From a virus, in the IMG/VR virus record IMGVR_UViG_3300016476_000413, positions 1 to 55,580 of that record: a stretch of 55,580 bases of DNA. One strand, written 5' to 3'. The notes under the pieces were generated by a model that saw nothing but the letters and a program-made list of their open reading frames with translations, was not told where the DNA came from and did no database searches. Every line of letters starts with the position of its first letter. Position 1 is the first letter of the stretch. A program made the translations under genes and the position numbers. This document shows positions 7,916 to 16,558 of this stretch, piece after piece.

Positions 7916-8726
7916 GACGGGTTCCTTTCCGTGAGTTGCGAAACTGGACGAACGTCCAGCACAGGGCGCGGCGACGATGCGGCACGCCCTGCACTTGAAG
8001 CTCGAAGAGCTTGGGAAGGGCCGGAATCGAATGACCCCGACCGTGATGAACATCCCGTAGGGATGAATTCGAGAAACGGGGGAAGCTGTCCCCTCGCCAC
8101 AGACTGTGTCTGTGTCCTCTGGCCGAACAGACCTTGGTCTGTTGAGCGACCCTTCGGTTAAGGCCTGAAGCCAAAGCCAGCTTTGCTGGTGTCTCACGAC
8201 ACGTTCGCTGACTCCTCTGGAGTCCGACGCTACTCCCGCCGTTGGGGTCGAACCGTTCGGTTCAGTGCGTCACTGAGGCCGTTGCTGATCCCCCTCTTCG
8301 AGGGGCTTCGCCTATCGGGCTGTCAGTGCTTTCAGCACCTACTGATCGGGAAGCGATGACCGGGGTCACCGTCGACGTTTTCCATTGGACAGGAACCTTG
8401 TCGCAGTGTCAAGTTTCCTTGTTTGTCCCGTAGGGACAGATCGGGCCGAGTCGGTCCTTGTCGTGCGCTGGGGACGGCTTCGCCGGACACCCCTGACACC
8501 AGCATCACCAGCTCGTGCTCAGGAAGGGATCGAAGATCCCCGATAGGCAGGCAAGGGGCTTCGCTGGCGAGGTTTCCGCGAGCGTTCAATCACGCTGAAA
8601 CCCGCATGAAGCCTAGCGATGAGGGAAAGGGTCGGCCCGGAAACCCCTGACACCAGACGGCCCGAGGCCTGCTTCCCTACAAGGGAACGGAATAGACCAG
8701 AAAGGCACCTTCAGCTTGACGACCAG

Positions 8727-8743
8727 AATGACGTAAGTCATTG
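8727..8743. repeat. Copy 1 of the 17-nt palindromic element AATGACGTAAGTCATTG
   Basis: An exact second copy lies at 8928-8944. Arms are AATGAC/GTCATT with spacer GTAA. Confidence 0.8.
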
Positions 8744-8927
8744 CAGGCAAAGGAAAACGATGCCCAATGAAATTGGATCTCAAGGCAAAACACGGGCAAT
8801 CCGACGAAAAAACGCCGATTTACCCCTATCGGGGTATCGAATCCGCCAACAGATCACGGCAACAGACCGCCATGTCCCACCCCTTACGGGGTGAATCCGG
8901 CAGGGCTTGGTCACAGTTGGGTCACAC

Positions 8928-8944
8928 AATGACGTAAGTCATTG
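8928..8944. repeat. Copy 2 of the 17-nt palindromic element AATGACGTAAGTCATTG
   Basis: Exact repeat of 8727-8743, 201 bp away. Preceded by the direct repeat GGTCACA-N4-GGTCACA. Confidence 0.8.
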
Positions 8945-9005
8945 ATCTGTAAGGCGTCGCACCTGATTGCATGTCAGGCGAGGCCGAAGGCCTGACGCGC
9001 ATGGC

Positions 9006-9028
9006 GGGGGTAGGGGCGGGGGCGTGGG
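9006..9028 (+). other. G-run cluster (G5-TA-G4-C-G5-CGT-G3); G-quadruplex-type motif and candidate cos/pac neighbourhood
   Basis: Read directly. It is followed by the CCCCCGGGGG palindrome (9045-9054) and a 50-nt polypyrimidine tract (9061-9113), about 0.5 kb upstream of terS. Confidence 0.35.
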
Positions 9029-9149
9029 CTGGCCAGCGCGTGTACCCCCGGGGGCCTGAGCCTCTACCTATCTCCCCTATTCACACGCTTGTCCCTCCCC
9101 TCTTCTCCTCTCTGATCCGCTTCTGAAATCAGAGCTGATTCCAGCTCGC

Positions 9150-9190
9150 AACCATTAACCATTAACCAGAAGAGTAAAGAGTAAGGAATA
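9150..9190. repeat. AT-rich tandem repeats (AACCATT x2; AGAGTAA x2) sharing a 13-mer with 48935-48947
   Basis: AACCATTAACCATTAACCAGAAGAGTAAAGAGTAAGGAATA. The 13-mer AACCATTAACCAT is also present inside the DUF1376-like gene. Confidence 0.7.
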
Positions 9191-9546
9191 CGCCACTCGC
9201 TTCGCTCGTTTCAGCCGCTTCGCGCCTGACGGCGGCGTGGCATGACCCCGGGTGGGGTGGTGGACCAAGACGGTGACCCCCGGGGGCTATCAAGGAATCC
9301 TGCCGAATTCTGTATTTCGCGAAAGACCCCTTGTTTTTTCGCGGATCACACAGGTACAGTCCGGCGCAGGATGGAGAAGTCATCTCCAGCGGCAGGTGAG
9401 CAACAGCCGCAGTCGGGGGCCTCTCGGTGTCTCCGGGCTGACCTGACCGCTTGGCCCACGTCACGGGCCTCATTTGTGTCTGACGCTCCGGAAAGACGGA
9501 GTTCAAAAATTTTTCGGTCCCGCTTCGCGGGAGGTCTTGGGAACTT

Positions 9547-9858
9547 ATGCCAACTCGCAAACCTCGGGAAACTGCTTCTGCTCGCCGCGAGGCGCTGCGG
9601 GAGGAGCACGCCCAAGTGGTGCGCGAGAAGATCCAGACGACCAAGCTCGTGGAAGCGCTGGAGTCTTTCGCCCTCGGCAAGACCGAAGGCAAGAAGATGA
9701 CCCCGGCCCGTCTCAAGGCCATTGAGATGCTGCTCGACAAGACGTTGCCCAACCTCGCGTCGGTCAAGCACGAGGTGGACGCCAAGCAGGTTGTGTTCAT
9801 GATCGACACCGCACCACCTGATGGCAACGCAAACAATCCAGTACCGTCCTCCGGGTAA
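9547..9858 (+). CDS. terS: putative terminase small subunit
   Basis: 103 aa, immediately upstream of and overlapping terL. The basic N-terminus and the ARLKAIEMLLDKTLPNL segment resemble small-terminase families. The call rests mainly on position. Confidence 0.55.
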   Translation: MPTRKPRETASARREALREEHAQVVREKIQTTKLVEALESFALGKTEGKKMTPARLKAIEMLLDKTLPNLASVKHEVDAKQVVFMIDTAPPDGNANNPVPSSG

Positions 9859-11266
9859 GGTCGCCGCCGCCTTCCACCAGTCCACCGCCTTCGTTCGCGG
9901 AATCCTTGGACCGGTCGGCTCCGGCAAGTCCTCTACCTGCTGCATGGAGATCGTCAAGCACGCGCTCAAGCAGACCCCGCACAACGGCTGGCGCAAGGCC
10001 CGCTGGGCGGTCATCCGGAACACCTACCCGGAACTGAAGTCGACGACCATCAAGACGTGGTCGCAGTGGATGAACGAGGAGCTCGCCCCGATCAAGTGGG
10101 ACGCTCCGATCACCTGCACCCTGAAGATCAAGGACTGCGGCGACGGCAACGGCCTCGACCTCGAGGTGATCTTCATTGCGTTGGATAAGGCCACAGAGAC
10201 CGGCAAGTTGCGCTCCCTCGAGCTGACCGGTGGCTGGATCAACGAAGCCTCCGAGGTGCCGAAGGAAGTGTTCGACATGCTGACCCAGCGTGTTGGCCGC
10301 TTCCCACCCAAGACTCACGGTGGTGGCCCGGTTCACCCTTGCGTGATCCTCGACACCAACCCGCCAGACGACGATCACTGGTACTACAAGATCGCCGAGG
10401 AAGACCGGCCCGAGGGCTGGGACTTCTTCAATCAGCCCGGGGGGCTGCTCCGCAAGACAGACGGCGAGAACGTCTGGTACGAGCCGAACCCCGAGGCCGA
10501 GAACATCTTCAACCTGCCGGGTGGCTACGAGTACTACCTGCGGCAGGTGGCCGGGAAGTCCGACGACTGGATCAAGGTCTTCCTGATGGGCCAGTACGGC
10601 ACGACCGCCGACGGCAAACCGGTTTATCCCGAGTACAGCGACAAGATCCATGTGGCCGACGAAGAGCTCGAGCCCAACAGATTCCTGCCCGTGTACCTCG
10701 GCTGGGACTTCGGTCTCACCCCGAGCTGCATCGTGGGTCAGATGTCGCCCAAGGGACAACTGCTCATCCTCGACGAGTTCATCGCCGAGGACATGGGCAT
10801 TCGCCAGTTTGCCTCCGAGGTGGTCAAGCCGGCGCTGATGAACAAGTACGCAGGCTGCAAGTTCGAATCTGTTGGCGACCCTGCCGGCATGAACCGCGCA
10901 CAGACCGACGAGCGCACCTGCTTCCAAGAACTCCTCGAGGTCGGCATCGCTTCCGAGCCCGCCGACACCAACGACTTCATCCCCCGCCGTGAATCGGTCG
11001 CGTTCTTCCTGAACAGACTGGCCGGCGGGGAGCCCGGGTTCCTGTTGTCACCGAACTGCCGAATGCTCCGCAAGGGCTTCATCGGCGGTTACCGCTACGA
11101 GCGGCTGAAGGTGGCAGGGGAGCGCTATCGAGATCGCCCCGTGAAGGATCGGTTCTCTCACCCTCACGATGCGCTGCAGTACTTGGCGCTGAAGGTGCGG
11201 GACGGGAATCGCCGCAACGTGCGGGCACGGAGTGTAGGAAAGTCGTCCGCCAAGGCGTGGACGTGA
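9821..11266 (+). CDS. terL: terminase large subunit
   Basis: 481 aa. N-terminal Walker A GPVGSGKSS, ATPase-coupling and nuclease-type acidic motifs, and the canonical position upstream of the portal gene. Confidence 0.85.
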   Translation: MATQTIQYRPPGKVAAAFHQSTAFVRGILGPVGSGKSSTCCMEIVKHALKQTPHNGWRKARWAVIRNTYPELKSTTIKTWSQWMNEELAPIKWDAPITCTLKIKDCGDGNGLDLEVIFIALDKATETGKLRSLELTGGWINEASEVPKEVFDMLTQRVGRFPPKTHGGGPVHPCVILDTNPPDDDHWYYKIAEEDRPEGWDFFNQPGGLLRKTDGENVWYEPNPEAENIFNLPGGYEYYLRQVAGKSDDWIKVFLMGQYGTTADGKPVYPEYSDKIHVADEELEPNRFLPVYLGWDFGLTPSCIVGQMSPKGQLLILDEFIAEDMGIRQFASEVVKPALMNKYAGCKFESVGDPAGMNRAQTDERTCFQELLEVGIASEPADTNDFIPRRESVAFFLNRLAGGEPGFLLSPNCRMLRKGFIGGYRYERLKVAGERYRDRPVKDRFSHPHDALQYLALKVRDGNRRNVRARSVGKSSAKAWT

Positions 11267-11286
11267 AAGCAACACAGGAATAGTCC

Positions 11287-13299
11287 ATGACACAGGTTTA
11301 CCAAGCACAGCCGCCCGTCAGTGCTGACGTCAGCGCCGTGCAGCCGGAAGGCGTGGACAACTCCGACCTCATTGCGTCCGGCATTTCTGGCCACATCACG
11401 AATTGCTGGAACCGAGCGAAGTTCGCCAAGCAACGGATCACTGAGCGCCTGCTGCAGTGCGAGCGCCAGCGCCGTGGCGAATACGACCCCGACAAGGCCC
11501 AAGAGATCGCACAGACTGGCGGCTCCGACATCTACATGATGATCACGGACGTCAAGTGCAATGCGGCCAAGTCGTGGATTCAGGATGTGATGTTCCAAGA
11601 CGAGAGAGGGTTCGACCTTGTCCCAGCTCAGGAACCTGCAATACCGCCTGAAGTCAAGATGTCGATTGTGGACTTTGTCCGCCAAGAAGCTGCTGAGTAC
11701 GTGGCTCAAGGTGGTGCAATCCATCCGGAAGCGTTTCGCACGCGACTCGAAGAAGTCCACGACACCGTCCTGATTCGCGTTCGCGAAGAGGCCAAGGACT
11801 GCGCCGAGCGCATGGCCAAGGTCATTCAGGACCAGATGGCCGAGGGTGGCTACAAGCGTCAGATGGAGGACTTCATCGACGACTTCGTGACCTACCCCAC
11901 CGCCATCCTCAAGGGGCCGACGGTCCGCAAGAAGCCCAAGCTGCAGTGGGGGCCGAACTTCACCCCGGTGGTCCTCAACGACTACTTCCGCGAGATCGAG
12001 CGCGTCAGCCCCTACGACATTTACCCCAGCCCCAACAGCTCCGGCGTGGATGACGGCTACCTGATCCAGCGCCACCGCCTCACCGCTCGCGTGCTCGAGT
12101 CGATGAAGGATGTGCCCGGGTACAGCAACGCCGACATCGACCAAGCCCTGATCCGCTACGGTCAGGCCGGCTACCGGTACTGGGAGTACGGCGACCAGCA
12201 GCGCGACAACCTCGAGGGCAAGTACCTCTCGCGCCTGTATCAGGACGGTCTGATCGAGGCCATCGAGTTCTGGGGTCCGGTGATGGGCCAGATGCTCCTC
12301 GACTGGGGCATGAAGGGTGTCGAGCCTACCAAGGTCTACGAGGTCAATGCGTGGCAGATCGGCTCGTTCGTCATCAAGTGCGTCATCAACCCTGACCCAC
12401 TGGGCCGTCGCCCCTACGAGATCGCATCGTGGCGCGTCATCCCCGGCGCGTTCTGGGGCACCGCCCTGCCGGAGATCATGCGCGACGTGCAGATGATGTG
12501 CAACGCCGCTGCCCGGGCGCTGGCCAACAACATGGGCATCGCCTCCGGCCCACAGGTCGACATCTCGGTGGACAGACTGGCTGACGGCGAAGAGCTCACC
12601 CAGATGTACCCGTGGAAGATCTGGCAGACGACCAGCGACCGCACGGGCGGCAACCAGCCGGCCATCCGCTTCTTCATGCCCGACATGAAGGCCGCTGAAC
12701 TGATGGGCGTGTACGGCAACTTCGCCAAGCAGGCCGACGAAGTCACCGGCATCCCGAACTACATCTACGGCAGCGGCTCCGCAGCCGGCGCAGGCCGCAC
12801 CGCCTCGGGTCTGTCCATGCTGATGGACAACGCCGCCAAGGGCATCAAGGCCGCGATCCTGACCATCGACCACGTGGTAACAATGGTGGTGAGCCGCTTC
12901 TACACCCACAACATGATGTACAACCCAGACCCGTACATCAAAGGCGACTTCAAGATCGTGGCGCGTGGCGCGATGGGCCTCATCCACAAGGAAGCCATCA
13001 ACGTCCGCCGCAACGAGTTCATGGTCGCCACGGCCAACCCGGTCGACCTGCAGATCATGGGTCCGGACGGTCGCGCCTATCTGTTGCGCGAGCAGGCCAA
13101 GGGTCTGCAGATGGACACCGACAAGCTGGTGCCTACCGTCGACCGCATGAAGTTCAAGGCCGAACAGGTGCAGCAGGCCATCGCCGCCCAGCAGGGCATG
13201 AACCAAGGCTCGCTGCCCGCGCCGGCACAGACTGGTGGCGACGGCGCTCCGCCGCCCCAACAGATGAACACCGTCCAACCCCAGATGGAGATCCAGTGA
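11287..13299 (+). CDS. portal protein
   Basis: 670 aa, directly downstream of terL, with size and composition typical of podovirus portals. Confidence 0.7.
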   Translation: MTQVYQAQPPVSADVSAVQPEGVDNSDLIASGISGHITNCWNRAKFAKQRITERLLQCERQRRGEYDPDKAQEIAQTGGSDIYMMITDVKCNAAKSWIQDVMFQDERGFDLVPAQEPAIPPEVKMSIVDFVRQEAAEYVAQGGAIHPEAFRTRLEEVHDTVLIRVREEAKDCAERMAKVIQDQMAEGGYKRQMEDFIDDFVTYPTAILKGPTVRKKPKLQWGPNFTPVVLNDYFREIERVSPYDIYPSPNSSGVDDGYLIQRHRLTARVLESMKDVPGYSNADIDQALIRYGQAGYRYWEYGDQQRDNLEGKYLSRLYQDGLIEAIEFWGPVMGQMLLDWGMKGVEPTKVYEVNAWQIGSFVIKCVINPDPLGRRPYEIASWRVIPGAFWGTALPEIMRDVQMMCNAAARALANNMGIASGPQVDISVDRLADGEELTQMYPWKIWQTTSDRTGGNQPAIRFFMPDMKAAELMGVYGNFAKQADEVTGIPNYIYGSGSAAGAGRTASGLSMLMDNAAKGIKAAILTIDHVVTMVVSRFYTHNMMYNPDPYIKGDFKIVARGAMGLIHKEAINVRRNEFMVATANPVDLQIMGPDGRAYLLREQAKGLQMDTDKLVPTVDRMKFKAEQVQQAIAAQQGMNQGSLPAPAQTGGDGAPPPQQMNTVQPQMEIQ

Positions 13300-13637
13300 T
13301 GATGAAGAAACCCGTTGCCCGCACTGTCAAGCCCGCTCGTGGCGTGATCCCCGCTGGGTTTGCTGATGGCGGCAAGGTGAAGCCTTTCACCGGCAAGGAC
13401 ACCAAGGCCGAAGAGATGGCCGAAGCCCGCGCCGTGCGCTCGGGCAAGGTCACCCCAAAGCAGTACGTTCGCAAGGAAGTGGCCGAAGAGAAGAAGGAAG
13501 GCGAGAAGCCGAATCCGAAGAAGCTCGCAGCCACCGGCAAGGCGCTGGCCAGCGGCAAGATGTCCGCCGAGAAATACGGCTCGATGGCGAAGATGGCCGA
13601 TGGTGGCCGTGTCTCGATGAAGAAAGGCAAGTGCTGA
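13299..13637 (+). CDS. Lys-rich virion-module protein with ADGG motifs
   Basis: The ATG overlaps the portal stop (TGATG). Motifs FADGGKV and MADGGRV are shared with 13639..14307 and 32840..33907. Confidence 0.6.
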   Translation: MMKKPVARTVKPARGVIPAGFADGGKVKPFTGKDTKAEEMAEARAVRSGKVTPKQYVRKEVAEEKKEGEKPNPKKLAATGKALASGKMSAEKYGSMAKMADGGRVSMKKGKC

Positions 13638-13638
13638 A

Positions 13639-14307
13639 ATGGCTGATACCACCGGAATCGACTGGCAGCGCCAGAGCTTCGCCAAAGGCGGCAAGGCTGA
13701 GGCTGCTCCCTCGCAAATGAACCCCAAGACGTGGGGCGGTCCCGCGAGCTCGCTCAACGCCAAGATCGCCAAGCCCACGCATCCGTGCGGCGGCATGGTG
13801 AAGGGCGGCATGGCCAACGGCGGCATGGTCAAGGCCTACGCCGATGGCGGCACTCTGTCCGATGGCGAGTGGATGCGCGGTGAGAACTACGGCGACGGCA
13901 CGACCGGTGACGAGCGCGTGGCGATGGCCCGCGATCCCGGCTACACCGAATCCGCTGTGACCACGCCGCTGCCTGAGCCTGAGCCGATCCGTGGCGAAGA
14001 CGTCAAGGAAGAGCCCAAGCGCGAATCCTTCAAGGAAGCCTTTGCTCGCAACCGCGCTGCCGGTGCCAAGACCTTCGAGTGGAATGGCAAGAAGTACACG
14101 ACCGAGATGGCCGGCGCAAGCAAGCCTCGCGCTGCCGCCAAGGTCACCGACACGGGTGACGAGACCGAGCGCCTGAAGGCTCGCGCTGCTCGATCTGTTC
14201 CGAGCACTGCTGCCCGACCGGTTGCATCCAACCCCAGCAGCCGGCTCGTCACCGACAAGTTCGACCCCAGCAAGGTTGATCCCAAGACGCTGCTTCCGAA
14301 GCGCTGA
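13639..14307 (+). CDS. virion-module protein with GG-motif repeats
   Basis: 222 aa. Motifs FAKGGKA, GGMVKGGMANGGMVKAYADGG, and a FEWNGKKYTTE motif common in phage proteins. Confidence 0.6.
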   Translation: MADTTGIDWQRQSFAKGGKAEAAPSQMNPKTWGGPASSLNAKIAKPTHPCGGMVKGGMANGGMVKAYADGGTLSDGEWMRGENYGDGTTGDERVAMARDPGYTESAVTTPLPEPEPIRGEDVKEEPKRESFKEAFARNRAAGAKTFEWNGKKYTTEMAGASKPRAAAKVTDTGDETERLKARAARSVPSTAARPVASNPSSRLVTDKFDPSKVDPKTLLPKR

Positions 14308-14540
14308 TGCTCAAGAAGCCGTCTCCCCAAGTCACTGCTGCCCTCGCTCACCTCGAGGGCAACCTGCAGTTCGAGACCATCCGTGAATGGTTGACCGAAT
14401 CTCTACAAGACCTGTATCGCAGCTCCACGCACACGAAGGACGACGTTCTGTCCCGGTGGCAACAGGGCGCTGCACAGGCTGTTGAGGATCTGTTGACCAA
14501 AGCCTCTGAGGCTCCGGAGGTCATCCGCAGATCGCGGTAG
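14307..14540 (+). CDS. hypothetical protein (77 aa)
   Basis: The ATG overlaps the preceding stop. Protein-like helical sequence. Confidence 0.55.
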   Translation: MLKKPSPQVTAALAHLEGNLQFETIREWLTESLQDLYRSSTHTKDDVLSRWQQGAAQAVEDLLTKASEAPEVIRRSR

Positions 14541-14668
14541 TCCAGCAATGGGCTAGCGGCGTTCTGCCGCAAAAGGGTGCCGGCCCTTCCCGGCAACCGT
14601 TGAACACCGAACGAATCGCTCGAACACCGCGAGGCTCGAACGCGACCGTCTCGGCTCACGGAGTAACT

Positions 14669-15577
14669 ATGTCTCTACCACGCGCTGTCTTGGAGGCCGA
14701 AGAAAAGGCCAACAAGCTCCACGAAGAACTGCTGAAGCAACAGCAAGCACCTGCGAACGGCGAAACGCCGAGCGATCCTCCCCCGAGTGATCCGCCTCCG
14801 GCAGACCCGCCCGTACCGCCCCAGCCCACGAACGACTCCCCGACTCCTCCTGCATCCGGACAGGACGACAACTGGGAACACCGATTCAAGGTTCTGCAGG
14901 GCAAGTACAACGCAGAGATTCCTCGGCTCGCCGGGGAGAACAAGGATCTGAAGGCAAAGCTCACCGAGCTCGAGGCCAGCCTCGAAAGCCTGAAGAACAA
15001 GCCCGAACCTCTGGTCAAGCCGGAGGAGATCGAAGAGTACGGCGAAGGCCTGATCGACGTTGCCCGACGCATTGCCCGCGAAGAGCTGGCAAGCAAGGAC
15101 GCCGAGATCAACAGCCTCAAAGCCAAGATCGACTCGCTCTCCAACGTCACCACCAAGAAGGTCGAAGCCGACTTCTTCACATCCTTGACGTCGATGGTTC
15201 CCGATTGGGAGCAAGTCAACCAAGACCCGAAGTTCCTTTCGTGGCTCGACGAGGTTGACGAGCTCACAGGCGAGAGCCGACAGACTCTCCTGTCCCGCGC
15301 CGAACAATCACGCGACGCTGCACGCACCGCGAAGTTCTTCAATGCGTTCAAGAAGACATCTTCCACGTGGGCGGCAACAAGCGCCAACGCACTGGATCAG
15401 CAAGTAGCGCCTCCGACGAACAAGGCACCGAATGCTCCACCGGCCAAGAAGGTCTGGACGCGAGCCGAGGTGTCGGACTTCTACGCTCGGATGCGTCGCG
15501 GCGACATCAGTGACGCTGACGCCGTTGCCATTGAAGCTGACATTCACGCAGCTCAAATCGAGGGTCGACTCCGATGA
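14669..15577 (+). CDS. putative scaffolding protein
   Basis: ATG at 14669 follows ACGGAGTAACT. 302 aa with a Pro-rich N-terminus and long coiled-coil-type E/K/L-rich segments, directly upstream of the capsid gene. Confidence 0.55.
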   Translation: MSLPRAVLEAEEKANKLHEELLKQQQAPANGETPSDPPPSDPPPADPPVPPQPTNDSPTPPASGQDDNWEHRFKVLQGKYNAEIPRLAGENKDLKAKLTELEASLESLKNKPEPLVKPEEIEEYGEGLIDVARRIAREELASKDAEINSLKAKIDSLSNVTTKKVEADFFTSLTSMVPDWEQVNQDPKFLSWLDEVDELTGESRQTLLSRAEQSRDAARTAKFFNAFKKTSSTWAATSANALDQQVAPPTNKAPNAPPAKKVWTRAEVSDFYARMRRGDISDADAVAIEADIHAAQIEGRLR

Positions 15578-15606
15578 CCCGTTTTTCTTTCGAGAGGTAA
15601 TTCATC

Positions 15607-16518
15607 ATGGCATTTCCCGTAGCCAACGGTTACACGCAATACAGCGGTAACTTCATCCCCGAGATCTGGAGCGGCAAGCTGCAGGTCAAGTTCTACAAGA
15701 CCACGGTCTTCGCCGAGATCGCCAACACCGACTGGGAAGGCGAGATCAAGGGTCAGGGTGACAAGGTTCACATCCGCACCATCCCGACCATCACCATCAA
15801 CAGCTACACCAAGGGCCAGAACCTGACCAATCAGGTGCCTGACAGCCCGCCCATCGAGCTGCTGATTGACAAGGGCAAGTACTTCGCTGTCGTGCTGGAC
15901 GACGTCGATGCCGTGCAGACCGACATCAAGCTGATGGACGTCTTCACCAACGACGCCACCACGCAGATGAAGATCTCCATCGACGCCGACGTGATGAACG
16001 GCGTTAAGGCTGGTGCTGCTGCCGCCAACAAGGGCGCAACCGCTGGTGCCATCTCCGGCAACCTGAACCTTGGCACCGACGCCGCTCCCCGCGCCGTCAC
16101 CAAGGACAACATCCTCGATCTGTTCCTCGACGCCGGCCAAGTGCTGGACGAGCAGAACGTGCCCGAGGATGGCCGCTGGCTGGTGATTCCGGCTTGGATG
16201 GCTTCGATGGTCAAGCGCTCTGACCTGAAGCAAGCCTACCTGACCGGCGACAGCGTCTCCCCGCTGCGTAACGGCAAGCTGGGCATGATCGACCGCTTCA
16301 TGGTCTACGTGTCCAACAACCTGCCGAAGACCGCCGACGGCGACAGCTACCTGATGGCCGGCACCCGCGACGCCATCACCTTCGCGTCCCAGATGACCAA
16401 CGTTGAAACCCTGCGTGCTCAAACCACGTTCGGCAACATCGTTCGTGGTCTGAACGTGTACGGCTACAACGTCACCAAGCCCGAGGCTCTGGTGAACATG
16501 GTGGCCGTGAAGGGTTGA
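15607..16518 (+). CDS. major capsid protein
   Basis: 303 aa with RBS GAGAGG. The MAFPVANGYTQYSGNFIPEIWSGKLQ... N-terminus is typical of HK97-fold coat families. A strong terminator follows, as expected for a highly expressed gene. Confidence 0.75.
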   Translation: MAFPVANGYTQYSGNFIPEIWSGKLQVKFYKTTVFAEIANTDWEGEIKGQGDKVHIRTIPTITINSYTKGQNLTNQVPDSPPIELLIDKGKYFAVVLDDVDAVQTDIKLMDVFTNDATTQMKISIDADVMNGVKAGAAAANKGATAGAISGNLNLGTDAAPRAVTKDNILDLFLDAGQVLDEQNVPEDGRWLVIPAWMASMVKRSDLKQAYLTGDSVSPLRNGKLGMIDRFMVYVSNNLPKTADGDSYLMAGTRDAITFASQMTNVETLRAQTTFGNIVRGLNVYGYNVTKPEALVNMVAVKG

Positions 16519-16558
16519 TAGCCATCCCCCGGGCCTGACTCCTCCCGGGGCCTCCAGT

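Larger units (their letters stand above)
7916..9546. other. 1.6-kb non-coding block: hairpin-dense segment (7944-8996), G-run/pyrimidine-tract segment (9003-9113) and AT-rich repeat segment (9150-9190)
   Basis: No ORF here has an RBS or protein-like composition. About 20 perfect 5-8 bp inverted repeats with 2-4 nt loops were read directly. The block lies between divergent operons. Confidence 0.7.

Noticed and set aside
8242-8894. Track ORFs inside the non-coding block (8242..8433, 8332..8589, 8423..8650, 8619..8894, and 7747..8197 upstream of the real 51-aa gene).
   Set aside because: None has an RBS. The translations are Arg/Pro/Ser/Gly-rich and interrupted by the palindromes. The ORFs overlap one another in different frames.
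11164-13278. 704-aa minus-strand ORF antisense to the portal gene. Similar cases are 9797..10927 opposite terL, 15553..16830 and 16775..18187 opposite head genes, 24725..25966 and 26308..27702, and 32039..33889.
   Set aside because: These are typical GC-rich shadow ORFs. Their composition is Arg/Gly/His/Ala/Val-dominated and low-complexity, they have no RBS, and each is fully overlapped by a plus-strand gene with clear protein-family signatures and operon coupling.
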